This document shows positions 52,696-64,000 of a stretch of DNA of 64,000 nucleotides, in pieces. How positions within the stretch are numbered: position 1 is the first letter of the stretch; every line of letters begins with the position of its first letter. Under the pieces are notes generated by a model, which worked only from the letters and a program-made list of their open reading frames with translations, ran no database searches and was not told the origin of the DNA. The DNA is from Mobula hypostoma (lineage: Eukaryota). The translations under genes were made by a program, and so were the position numbers. The stretch spans positions 131,380,001 through 131,444,000 of the forward strand of contig NC_086097.1 in the NCBI RefSeq assembly GCF_963921235.1. Reading direction: 5' to 3'.

Positions 52696-54355
52696 TGTGG
52701 GTTCTCGCAAATAAAAGGCAGAGGTGTTTTGTGTTTCAGAAAAGCCATAGCAACTCATTTATTGCACATCAAAAAACTGAGCTCTAAAAGTGCGCTAAAA
52801 ACCCTTTACGTCATTACATCATCACGTCAGACCAGCCTCTTAAAGTGAAACCCCAACTCAGTGTTGGTGGTTGTGAATTATGTACATTTGTTCCAATTAC
52901 GTTACTGTACAGAGGACCCCCTGTAGTTCACAAAAACCGGCATTGTAAACCTGTCCAGAGCTTGCACGAGCCTCCTGGCTCGGGTCCGATGTTCCAAGGG
53001 TAGAGAAACAGCAGGTGCATCTTGCTCGTCCAGAGGTGTGTTGACACACTCATGGTGAAGTCGTGATGGCAGGTGCATGGTAACGGAATCCTCCAATCTT
53101 GGGGGGTGGGGAGGGTGCTGGTTTAAACACGTTCAGGTCTACCCCTCTTATCTATGATAAAAATCTTGCATCCCTGTTACAAAATGTGAAACGGGTCATT
53201 GTAAGGGCCCCTCAGGGGAGGTTTGTGTGCATCATGGCAGATGAAAACGAATGAGGCGGAGTGCAGGTCAACAGGAACCCAAGGGTGCTGTACGCCATGA
53301 TGGGAGGTAGGAATGGGTGCGAAAGAACTGAATTTACTGAGGAGTGTGGAACGCTGTTGAGAGGCCGACCTGGGTGGTGGTGGCACCAGGAATGAAACCA
53401 CCTGGCACTTGTAACGGTTGTCTGTACTCTATCTCAGCCATAGAGTCGAAGAGGCGAGTCCTCTTTTGGAGCTGTTCTGAGCCACACCAGCACCCATGGG
53501 AGACGATCATGCCAACACTCATCCATCAGGGAAGCCCTCAGAGCAGCCTTTAAAGGACAGTGAAACCTAAGGCATAGACCTTTGGGCTGCGGGTGAAAGG
53601 CCTCGGTGTGATGTAGCCTAATGGCGAGGTTCTGGGCCATCGCAGCCCAGAGATCTGATGTGAATTGGGGCCCGCGGTCGGAGGAAATAACAGATGGAGT
53701 GCCAAACTGAACAATCCAGGTGCTGATGAACGCCTGAGCCACGTCTACCTGTTGTACAGTCCACCATGGTAAGGAAGTGCGTGAAACCATGGGGGCGGGG
53801 TGCGCGGTGATGAGCGTAAGCAAAAGGAGAACCAACAAGGTCCACATTAACCTGGTCAAACTGTTGCTCAGGGACCTCAAAAGTTGCCAATAGTGTGTGA
53901 ACACGATGGTTTATTTTTGTCCACTGACACTCCACACAGGCTGCAGTCTAATCATGCACGCCCTTTTGAAGGCCATACCACACAATCTTCAGTGCAGCCA
54001 GTTTCTGTGAGGCCTTCTGGCCCGGATGCAAGAGGCCATGTATGGAGACAAGAACAGCACACCCCCAGTTTGCGGGCACGATGGGGTGAGGGTGACTGGT
54101 TGAGACGTCTCAAAGGAGAGAAATCCCAGCTTCCTCGAACTTAATGTTAGGCAACCGCAGGCCCATGATTGCTGTTCTGTAAGCCTGGACCTCTGGGTTA
54201 GTAGCTTGGCCAGCTGCCATGCCTGTATAGCCAACCCCTATATGTATGACCTCAATGTTTGGCTGTGAGAGGCAATTAGCCACAGCATTAATTTTCCCCT
54301 TGATATGCCATATATCAGGTATGAACTTGGATATGTAGGCCGGGTGGTGTTGCCT
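52696..54355 (-). mobile_element. Ty3/Gypsy remnant: RNase H end, integrase, probable 3' LTR
   Basis: AYISKFIPDIWHIKGKINAVANCLS; QVNVDLVG; FGTPSVISSDRGPQFTSDLW; FHPQPKGL..RFH..LKAAL; LPWVL..LRTAPKED; G-run before a putative LTR (~52696-52912) containing AATAAA on minus strand. Confidence 0.85.
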
Positions 54356-54990
54356 TACTATCTGAGGAGGGTGAAGTGAGTTGGACTACGCACATCCATA
54401 CTCATGTCATTCTGCAGATGCACAGTCGAAAACAACCTAACAAGCTGCATCAGTGCTTGGTACGGAAACTGCACTGAGGTGCACAGGAAGACTCTGCAAC
54501 AGGTAGTCAAAACTGCCCAAAGCATCAGCGACTCCAGCTTACCTGCCATCGAGGGCATGTATATAGAAAAGGGTCAGTAACATTATGAAGGATGCCACCA
54601 CCCTGCTCATGGACTGTTTGTTCCACTCCCATCAGGGAGGAGGCTACATAGCATCCGCGCCAGGATGACCAGACTCACTCAGAAATAGCTACGTTCCCCA
54701 AGCAGTAAGGCTGACCAACACCTCCATTCCTCCCTGACCCAAACCACCACGATTTTATTATTTCCCCTGAGTCAACTTATGTACAGACATTCCTGTGCCT
54801 AGTGTAACTTTATGGACATCCAATCAAACTAACTTATGTATTTGTACTTATTGTGTTTTATATTATCATTATTATTACTGTGTTCTTTATTTTTTTATGG
54901 GTTTCGTGCTGCATCAGATCTAGAGTAACAATTATTTCATTCTCCTTTACACTTGTTTACAGGAAATGGCATGAAACAATCTTAAATCAT
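54356..54990 (+). mobile_element. Rex1/Babar-type LINE 3' fragment
   Basis: Antisense of ORF 54358-54558 reads LRRVK..L.TSILMSFCRCTVENNLTSCISAWYGNC...RKTLQQVVKTAQSI. Confidence 0.8.
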
Positions 54991-55002
54991 GAATCTTTAA
55001 AA

Positions 55003-56188
55003 AAGCTTTTAGAGTTTTTTGAAGATGTAATCAAAAAGAAGATAAGGTTAGGGCAGTGGATGTTGTCTATTTGGACTTCAGCAAGGTTACTTACAAGATC
55101 TTGCATAGTAGCTGCTATGCAATGTACGGTCCGATGAAATCTAAAGAGAACGAGTTAGATGGATTCAAAATTGGCTCAGAGGTAGGAAGCAGAGGGTGGT
55201 GGTTGAAGGTTGCTCATTAGACTGGAGGGTAGTGGAGTGCCACAGTGGTCAATGTTGGGACCTTTATTATTCATTATTTATAAAAATGATTTGGATGTGA
55301 ATGCACAAGGCTTGATCAGTATGTAGCATTAAACTTGGATGTGATGTTGATTGTGTGGAAAATTATCGTAGATTACAGGGGGATCTTGATCATTTAGGAA
55401 GTGGGGTGAAAAGTGACATTGTGTGTGAGTGAGGTGCTGTAATATTTTGGAAAGTCAAACCAGCGGGCTACCTGGGAGTGTATTTGAATGGAAAAACTTA
55501 GGAGTACAAGTGCATAGTCCTTTGAAAGTGGTGCCACAGGAAGATGGGGTGATGAAAAAAACATTTAGTAAGCTGGCTTTCATCAGGCAAAATTGGAGTA
55601 CAGTATATTTATTATCAAAGGATGTACAACATGTCACAGTATAATACCTTGTCAGGACACTGAGCACAGGAGTTAGGACATAATGTAGCATTTTTTTAAG
55701 TCAGAGGTCAGGCTCTGCTTGTCGAACTGTGTACAGCTTTTAGGACACTTTTTTATTGGAAAAGTGTGGTTAAACTGTAAAGAATGCAAAGATTTACGTG
55801 GTTATTGCCAGGGCTAAAAGGTCTGGGTTATAGGGAGAGGTTGTCCAGGCTACACCTTTATTCCTTGGAACATAGTAGAATGAGTGGTGACCCGATAAAA
55901 TTATGTGAGGCAGAGGATGGTAACAATCTTTTCCCAAAGTGAGAGGCATCCAAAACTAGGAGGCACAGATTTAGGGGGAGAGGGGACTTGAGGGCCATCT
56001 TTTTAACGCAGAGGTTGGTGAGTATACACAGCAAAAGGATGTGTTTGAGGTAGGTGCAACAGCATCATTTAAGAATCATTTGGATAGTTACATGAAGGGG
56101 TAGGCTTTGAGGGATACGGGCCAAAGATCAGAAATTGAGACTAGCTGGGTGAGCTAAAAGGTCTTGTTTCCATGCTGTATTTCTCTAT
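55003..56188 (+). mobile_element. Old CR1-type LINE RT-to-3'UTR fragment
   Basis: LEFFEDV, AVDVVYLDFSK, WIQNWL.GRKQRVVV, SGVPQ.SMLGPLLF remnants; 3' ggtcttgtttccatgctgtat. Confidence 0.8.
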
Positions 56189-57348
56189 TAATAATAATAA
56201 ATACCTTATTGATCTCCAATAGGAAATCCTTTCATTACAGCAGCAACATTTGAAAACACACTTAGCAGTGTGCAGACTTAACTAATAATAAATACAGAAT
56301 AATAATATACACAATAATAATTTACCAGTGTGCAATAATTTGCAATAATGTACAATAATAATGTACAAAATAATAAAACAAAGACTATTGTACTATGATG
56401 TGTGTTCTCCTGTCACACAGAGATGAACTATTGTATATGCTTATTACGTTTGGTAGGAAAGATTTTCTGTAACGATCCTTGTGACAGCGGAGCTGAATGA
56501 ATGTGTTCGAAAGGGTGCTCGGCTGCTTATTCAGTAGGTCATGGAGAGGATATGCCCGATTGTTAATGGATAACAGTTTGTTTAGTGACCTCCTCTGCAC
56601 CACTAACTCAAAAGAGTCCAGGTTGTAGCCAAAGATGGATCCAGCCTTTTTTTATGAGTATATTTAGTCTTTTTGCATCACCAGCACTGATGCTGCTTCC
56701 CCAACATAAAGCTGCAAAGAAGACCGCACTTGCTACAACAGACTGGTAAAAGATCTCCAACATCCTGCTGCACACGTTTAAGGATCTCAGCTTCCTTAGA
56801 AAATAAGAGTCTGCTTACCCTCTTCTTGTAAACAGCCATAGTGTTGGTTTTCCAGTCAAGTCTGTCGTTGAGGTGAACACCCAAGTATTTGTACTCCTCT
56901 ACCACCACAACTTCTTCTCCCAGAATATATGCAGGATTCATCACAGTCCTTTTCCTCCTAAAATCAATCACCATCTCCCTGGTTCAGGAGTAGGTGATTC
57001 CTCCCGCACCACTCCACAAACTTGTCCACCAGTCCTCTGTACTCTGACTCCTGCCCATCTCTGATACACCCCACCGCCACAGAATTATCAGAGAACTTCT
57101 GCAAGTGACAAGACTCAGATTTGTACTGAACGTCTGAGGTGCACAGTGTGAACAGAAACAGAGACAGGGCAGTCCCTTGTGGTGCTCCAGTGCCACTCAC
57201 CACTGTCTCAGACAGAGAGCTACCCAGTCGTACAAAATGGGGTCTATCTGTCAGGTAGCCAGTAATCCAGGAGACAGTGGATTTGTCTACGCCCATCCTT
57301 TCCAGCTTCTCACTCAGAAGTAGCTGGATTGTATTGAAGGCACTACTA
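56186..57348 (-). mobile_element. Rex1/Babar-type LINE 3' portion
   Basis: SSAFNTIQ, WITGYLTDRP, GAPQGTALS.FLF, QKFSDN, MVIDFRR, YKYLGVHL; (TTA)n tail. Confidence 0.9.
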
Positions 57349-57631
57349 GGGATGGGCAATAAATGCTGGTTTATGCCCTCATCCTGTAAATAAATAAATT
57401 AAAAAAGAAAAATAAAAAAATGTGTATTACTAAGTCTAATTAACACTCAATAAAAATTAAAATACAACTAAACATTTTTAATACCCTTATGAAAGCTTTT
57501 TCCCTGTTTTCCTGTGGGATAGTTTTGGAGGTTAGTTCAATTCCTGGAAAGAATACAACTGCAACAAGAAGCAGAGGGAAGCATTTTACATAACATCTGA
57601 TTTTGAAAATCCTTTGCATCGTAAATACTTC

Positions 57632-57760
57632 CCTTATTCCAGATGAAGGGTCTCGACCTGAAATATAAATGATTTCCCTCCACAGATGCTGCCTGACCCA
57701 TTGACTTCCTCTTGCAGTTTGTTTAAGCTCCACGTTCCAACATCGCAGTCACAAGAGTCT
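57632..57760 (+). mobile_element. Penelope-type pseudo-LTR fragment with degenerate hammerhead
   Basis: attc CAGATGA agggtctcgacct GAAAT...cacagatgctgcctgaccc. Confidence 0.6.
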
Positions 57761-58687
57761 CTGTGGTAGCACATTTTAAACAAAATTCAAGACACAGCAG
57801 AGAGATAGAAAAGTTTGCAAAAAAAAAAATCACTTAGCAATTTGTGTTTGAAAATGTTTCCCATCAGAAGCCTGTACCCCTCTGAGACTTTACATGACGT
57901 CAATTATTAGGATTTGTTTAGCTTCATGAGCTTTAAGCAAGTTTCATTGATTTTATTTTTAACACACCTATTTAGAGTTAACAAAGTATTCTAATTATGG
58001 TTTTTATTCTAAAATGACTAGACTCAGTGAAATGCTTTGTTTCCAGTTCATACAGATCCTTCACTGCAGCTACAAAGAAGCCAATCTGATCTCCAAATAA
58101 GTCCCTATTTCTACAGTTCGTAGCAAGCCATGTTCTCAGTGTGAGCATATTAAGAACATACAGAGATATCCTGGGTACCTGAGTGATAAGGGCGCATTAG
58201 CAGGTTTCCACCACTTGCAGCTTGAAAGTCAGAAGTGTCTGTAGGTTTTGTAAAGGTGTGTTTTATGACTAAATTATTCCTTCAGTGTTATTAAACAGTA
58301 CATGGAGAGGTGGTGGTGAAAGGATACTGTCACTTTTGAAGCAGCTGCCCCTTGGCTGTACATGGCATGGTGGTACAGCAGTTAAAAAAAAAGATTAGCT
58401 TTATTTGTCACATAAACATCGAAGTATACAATAATATGACGTTTACTTTGAATCAGATCTGCAAAGTTAGCGCCACTCAGAGAACCAAATTCAAACCTGA
58501 GAGGGAAATGGATCAGCCATGAAGAAATGGCGGAGCAGACTGGATGGGCCAAGTGGCCTAATTATGCTCCTATATCTTATAGTGCTATGATCTTATCGTC
58601 CGATCTTGGCTACGGTCTGTGGAGTTTGAATGTTTTCTCTGTAATTGCGTGATACTTGTCTTGTTTCCTCTCATATTCCAAAAAATG

Positions 58688-58963
58688 GGCATCATGGTAG
58701 TGGTAGTGGTTAGTACAACGGCTTACAGTACAGGTGACCCGGGTTCAATTCCCGCTGCTGCCTGTAAGGAGTTTGTATGTTTTCCCCACGACCACGTGGG
58801 TTTCCTCCGGATGCTCCGGATTTCCTCCCACGGTCCAAAGACGTACGGGTGAGTAGGTTAATTGGTCAGTGTAAGTTATCCCATGATTAGGCTAGGATTA
58901 AACTGGAGGGAGGATTGCTGGGTGGCATGGCTCGAGGGGCCTATTCCACACTTTAATTCAATA
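58688..58963 (+). mobile_element. V-SINE nested in an older V-SINE
   Basis: B box GGTTCAATTCC; V domain gtgggtttcctccggatgctccggatttcctccca; TSD aaaaaatg at 58680-58687/58964-58971. Confidence 0.85.
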
Positions 58964-59149
58964 AAAAAATGTGCTGTTAGGTTACATGGTCATTACTCTT
59001 CAGCATAATAATGCAGTTAGAAATTCAATAATCTCACATAAGGTGTCAAGGTCACAGAAAGCATCATCAACAGGCAAGTGGAGGTATAAATAAAATGGAA
59101 TATAATGTGGGAAAATATGAACATAGAACATAGAATAGTACAGCACAGT

Positions 59150-59712
59150 GTTGTTCGTCCATCGTTGTCGTCGATGAAGACCTCAACACCATTATGATGG
59201 TGTTGAGACTAACGCTTGATTTGGATTTAAGTGAGGGAGAGTTGCGCAGCGTCAGCCTCACTCTCTCTTCCCAATTCCCATCTGGATCCAGCGGCAAGAC
59301 AAGAGTCGAGTTGGCTGGAGATGGGACTAGGTGCAGTGGATGACCAGGACGTCTTCTGTGTCTTGTCCTGCTCTACACATTCCACGACGCTTACAGAGAC
59401 CGCCTTCTTGACCGTTGGACCTTCCATTGGTCTCATCCGCTCAATCCGCCGGAGTCTGTCTTCACATGCTGGGATAGACAACTCCCTATCACACTGAGGG
59501 TTTGAGACCCGTCGGCTACCGTCACCTGGTTTAGCCGGCTTGTCGAAGCCGTTGCCTGGGGTGTGGCCGCTGTCGCATGCAAACAGCTACGGGGAGCCAC
59601 AGGTGAGAGCTGAGTGCCAGGTGGGGACCAAAGGTGGACTAACCGCCCTGAAAAGGACGCGACATGTTCCCCCACCAGAGGTGCTACCCCTCCCTGATAC
59701 CCCATACACCCC
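59150..59712 (-). mobile_element. Non-autonomous RTE-derived bipartite retroposon (~560 bp), apparently full length
   Basis: TSD (c)agcacagt at 59141-59149/59712-59720; CpG-rich; RTE-like 3' end ...gatggacgaacaac; from memory resembles marsupial RTE-derived short elements (ttggatttaagtgaggga...cagcctcact). Confidence 0.8.
59522..59712 (-). ncRNA. Putative HDV-like self-cleaving ribozyme
   Basis: Hand fold: P1 GGGGUGU/ACACCCC, P2 UCACCUG/CAGGUGA, P3 GGC/GCC, L3 starting UCC, P4 CGGCUU-cgac-AAGCCG, J4/2 GCUAAA. Confidence 0.65.
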
Positions 59713-61689
59713 AGCACAGTACAGGCCCTTCGGCCCACAATGTTGTGCCAACTCTCAAACCCTGTCTCCCATATAAGCCCCCACCTTAAATTCCTCCATA
59801 TACCTGTCTAGTAGTCTCTTAAACTTCGCTAGTGTATCTGCCTCCACCACTGACTCAGGCAATGCATTCCACTCACCAGCCACACTCTGAGTAAAAAACC
59901 TTCCTCTAATATCCCCCTTGAACTTCCCTCCCCTTACCTTAAAGCTATGTCCTCTTGTATTGAGCAGTGGTGCCCTGGGGCAGAGGCGCTGGCTATCCAC
60001 TCTATCTATTCCTCTTATTATCTTGTACACCTCTATCATGTCTCCTCTCATCCTCCTTCTCTCCAAAGAGTAAAGCCCTAGCTCCCTTAATCTCTGATCA
60101 TAATGCATACTCTCTAAACCAGGCAACATCCTGGTAAATCTCCTCTGTACCCTTTCTAATGCTTCCACATCCTTCCTATAGTGAGGCGACCAGAACTGGA
60201 CACAGTACTCCAAGTGTGGCCTAACCAGAGTTTTATAGAGCTGCATCATTACATCACGACTCTTAAACTCTATCCCTCGACTTATGAAAGCTAACACCCC
60301 ATAAGCTTTCTTAACTACCCTATCTACCTGTGAGGCAACTTTCAGGGATCTGTGGACATGTACCCCCAGATCCCTCTGCTCCTCCACACTACCAAGTATC
60401 CTGCCATTTACTTTGTACTCTGCCTTGGAGTTTGTCCTTCCAAAGTGTACCACCTCACACTTCTCCGGGTTGAACTCCATCTGCCACTTCTCAGCCCACT
60501 TCTGCATCCTAGCAATGTCCCTCTGCAATCTTTGACAATCCTCTACACTATCTACAACACCACCAACCTTGTGTCGTCTGCAAACTTGCCAACCCACACT
60601 TCTAGCCCCACATCCATTGGCTTCCATTGAGATCACTGACTTTGGTGAAAATAATGAGTATTTAGCTTAGTACTTTCCTTTAGGTAAGAATCAAAAGAGG
60701 GACTGATGGGCATGTGAGAGAAAGTAAGTTTCAAGGCCACAAGAGAACTGGAAATGGGACAGATGAAATTGCTCTGCTAGCAGTCATCACAGATATAGTG
60801 GGCTGAATAGTCTCTTTCAATCTTGTAGTAATTAAGTACAATGCCAATCCATTACAAGCAGCTTAGCCACAGAGGAGTTAGGACAGTAAGGTTTACTATC
60901 CCTCGTCTTGCTGCCGCTGGTTGCCTGCTGCCTGCTCCGATAACAGGATGGAACATGTCAGAGATTTCCATTCGATGTGTTTGGAAGATGGTGAAAGAGT
61001 TACAGAGTGAGCAGACACAGTGAGTGCAAGTGAGTGTATGACAGTGTGGACTGAAAGGCTGATGGGCTTATGATGGTGCTGCATCTCTCTAACTGGGAAT
61101 TCGTTCACACATACTGCGATACAGTGTAAAGTTGTGTTTGACAATGCAATCTGGACAGATCGTTCCAAACCTAAGTATATTGACGTAGTACAAAAAGGAA
61201 AACAATGACAGAATACAGAATATAGCTGTAACAGCTATAGAAGAGGTACAATGCAGGTGGACAAATAAGGTGCAGGGTTATGATGAGGTAGAACTCAGAG
61301 ATCAAGAATTTATCTTTACTGCACAAGAGGGCTATTCAAGAATCTTACAGAAGCTGAGTGGCACATGATTTAACTCTAATAATGAATTCAGAAATCTTTG
61401 GATTCAAGAGGCCTTATGTGATTCTTGCGGACTGTGAGGGCCAGTGTCTCGGATTTCAGCGCCAGCCAGTGGTACTAATGCAATTTGAAGTTTTGGTACA
61501 CATTGTATTCCAAAGTTCAGCACCATTGATCTGATAGCTTTAATGGATTGAACTGAATTTTGCCTTGGAAAATGAAGAAGACATGAAATAGATAAATCAC
61601 TCTCAACCTGTGATGCTATTCTAAGCACAGTAGAAGTGTTATGAGGTTTCTACATGATTATATAGACCTACTGTTGAAGTCAGAAGTTT

Positions 61690-61868
61690 TTTTTAAAATT
61701 TTATTTTTATTTGGATAAGGAATTCACAATTATCATGTACTTTTTTCACACATATAACCTTTTCCATTTTTTTATATGTATAAAACTACAATTATTTATA
61801 CATTCTTAAGTACACATTGAGATGATATAAAAGGAAAATAAACATTTAAATAGATAATTATGTACTGT
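61690..61868 (-). mobile_element. Short L1-like 3' UTR insertion inside the outer DR of the Tc1 left end
   Basis: Poly-T start, AATAAA on minus strand, 7-bp TSD gaagttt at 61683-61689/61869-61875. Confidence 0.75.
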
Positions 61869-62300
61869 GAAGTTTACATACATCTTAGCCAAATACATTT
61901 AAACTCAGTTTTTCACAATTCCTAACATTTAATCCTAGAAAACATTCCCTGTCTTAGGTCAGTTAGGATCACTACTTTATTTTAAGAATGTGAAAAGTCG
62001 GAATAATAGTAGAGAGAATGGTTTATTTCAGCTTTTATTTCTTTCATCACTTTCCCAGTGGGTTAGAAGTTTACATACACTTTGTCAGTATTTGGTAGCC
62101 TTGCTTTTAAGTTGTTTAACTTGGGTCAAACACTTTGGGTAGCCTTCCATAAGCTTCTCACAGTAAGTTGCTGGAATTTTGTTCCATTCCTCCAGACAGA
62201 ACTGGTGTAACTGAGTCAGGTTTGTAGGCCTTTTGCTCGCACACGCTTTTTCAGTTCTGCCCACCAATTTTCTATATGATTGAGGCCAGAAAATAACATC

Positions 62301-63266
<966 letters not shown>

Positions 63267-64000
63267 CAAAGTGTATGTAAACTTCTGACTCACTGGGAAA
63301 GTGATGAAAGAAATAAGAGCTGAAATAAATCATTCTCTCTACTATTATTCTGACATTTCACATTCTTAAAATAAAGTAGTGATCCTAACTGACCTAAGAC
63401 AGGGAATGTTTTCTAGGATTAAATGTCAGGAATTGTGAAAAACTGAGTTTAAATGTATTTGGCTAAGATGTATGTAAACTTCTGACTTCAACTGTACTTC
63501 CTGGCCTATGCCAATTGCCAAGTGCAACGTCATTACATTTGTTTGCGGTATGACCTATGGTCACAATGATGCTGACCCTTAACCCCTTTCACATCAACTG
63601 TAGATGCTTCAACCATGTGAGACAAAAAATTTACAATTTCCTTCATTTTTTTACAATGCCTCTTCATTTGCACTCAGGAAGTAGCACAACGGTTTTCAGC
63701 CAATGAATTTGTTCCAAAGTGATTTATAATTTTAGAATCATGGCATCCAGCTAATCCTACCAAATGGCAAAGTCTTTAATCTTTAAACAATAATTAATAT
63801 TATTTAGTAATATAATAATTAATCTATAAATAATTCATTCAGTGTTATTAAAGAGAAAATAGCAGCCAGAAGTCCAAGAAGACTTCCTTCACCTTCTTTG
63901 AAATAAGATAAATTAGTAAATTGATAACTAGGCTTGTTACTGACCAATGTACCAAGCTACAATGAAACCTTTTGTTTTGCATGCCATCCATACAAGTAAT

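Larger units (their letters stand above)
59119..60615 (-). mobile_element. CR1-type LINE 3' fragment (copy C of the A/B family), 3' UTR split by an insertion
   Basis: ORF 59755-60636(-) near-identical to the copy A C-terminus; tail aacatagaacatagaatagtacagcacagt at 59120-59149. Confidence 0.93.

Overview
Eukaryotic, AT-rich, repeat-dominated window, most likely intronic or intergenic DNA of a cartilaginous fish (inferred from the repeat complement; species not determinable). I found no convincing host protein-coding exon: every long ORF belongs to a transposable element. Contents: many CR1-type LINE copies, including two ~3.4-3.8 kb copies of one family in tail-to-tail orientation; one full-length but decayed 5.6-kb L1 with a 14-bp TSD; Rex1/Babar and RTE LINE fragments; two Ty3/Gypsy remnants and a solo LTR; tRNA-derived CORE-like SINEs and V-SINEs; a Tc1 transposon very close to Sleeping Beauty; micro- and minisatellites. 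Three signals stand out. (1) A non-autonomous RTE-derived insert (59150-59712, minus) whose first nucleotide coincides with the predicted cleavage site of a hand-folded HDV-like ribozyme carrying an extra L3 hairpin. (2) A dispersed family of short Penelope-type inserts carrying minimal type I hammerhead ribozyme motifs, often as fold-back pairs with long TSDs; the best example (52310-52598) has a hammerhead on each strand. (3) The Sleeping Beauty-like element has two right-type ends, pointing to a rearrangement and possibly to horizontal transfer. Family assignments come from motif recognition and recall, not database searches. Fragment boundaries without TSDs are approximate.
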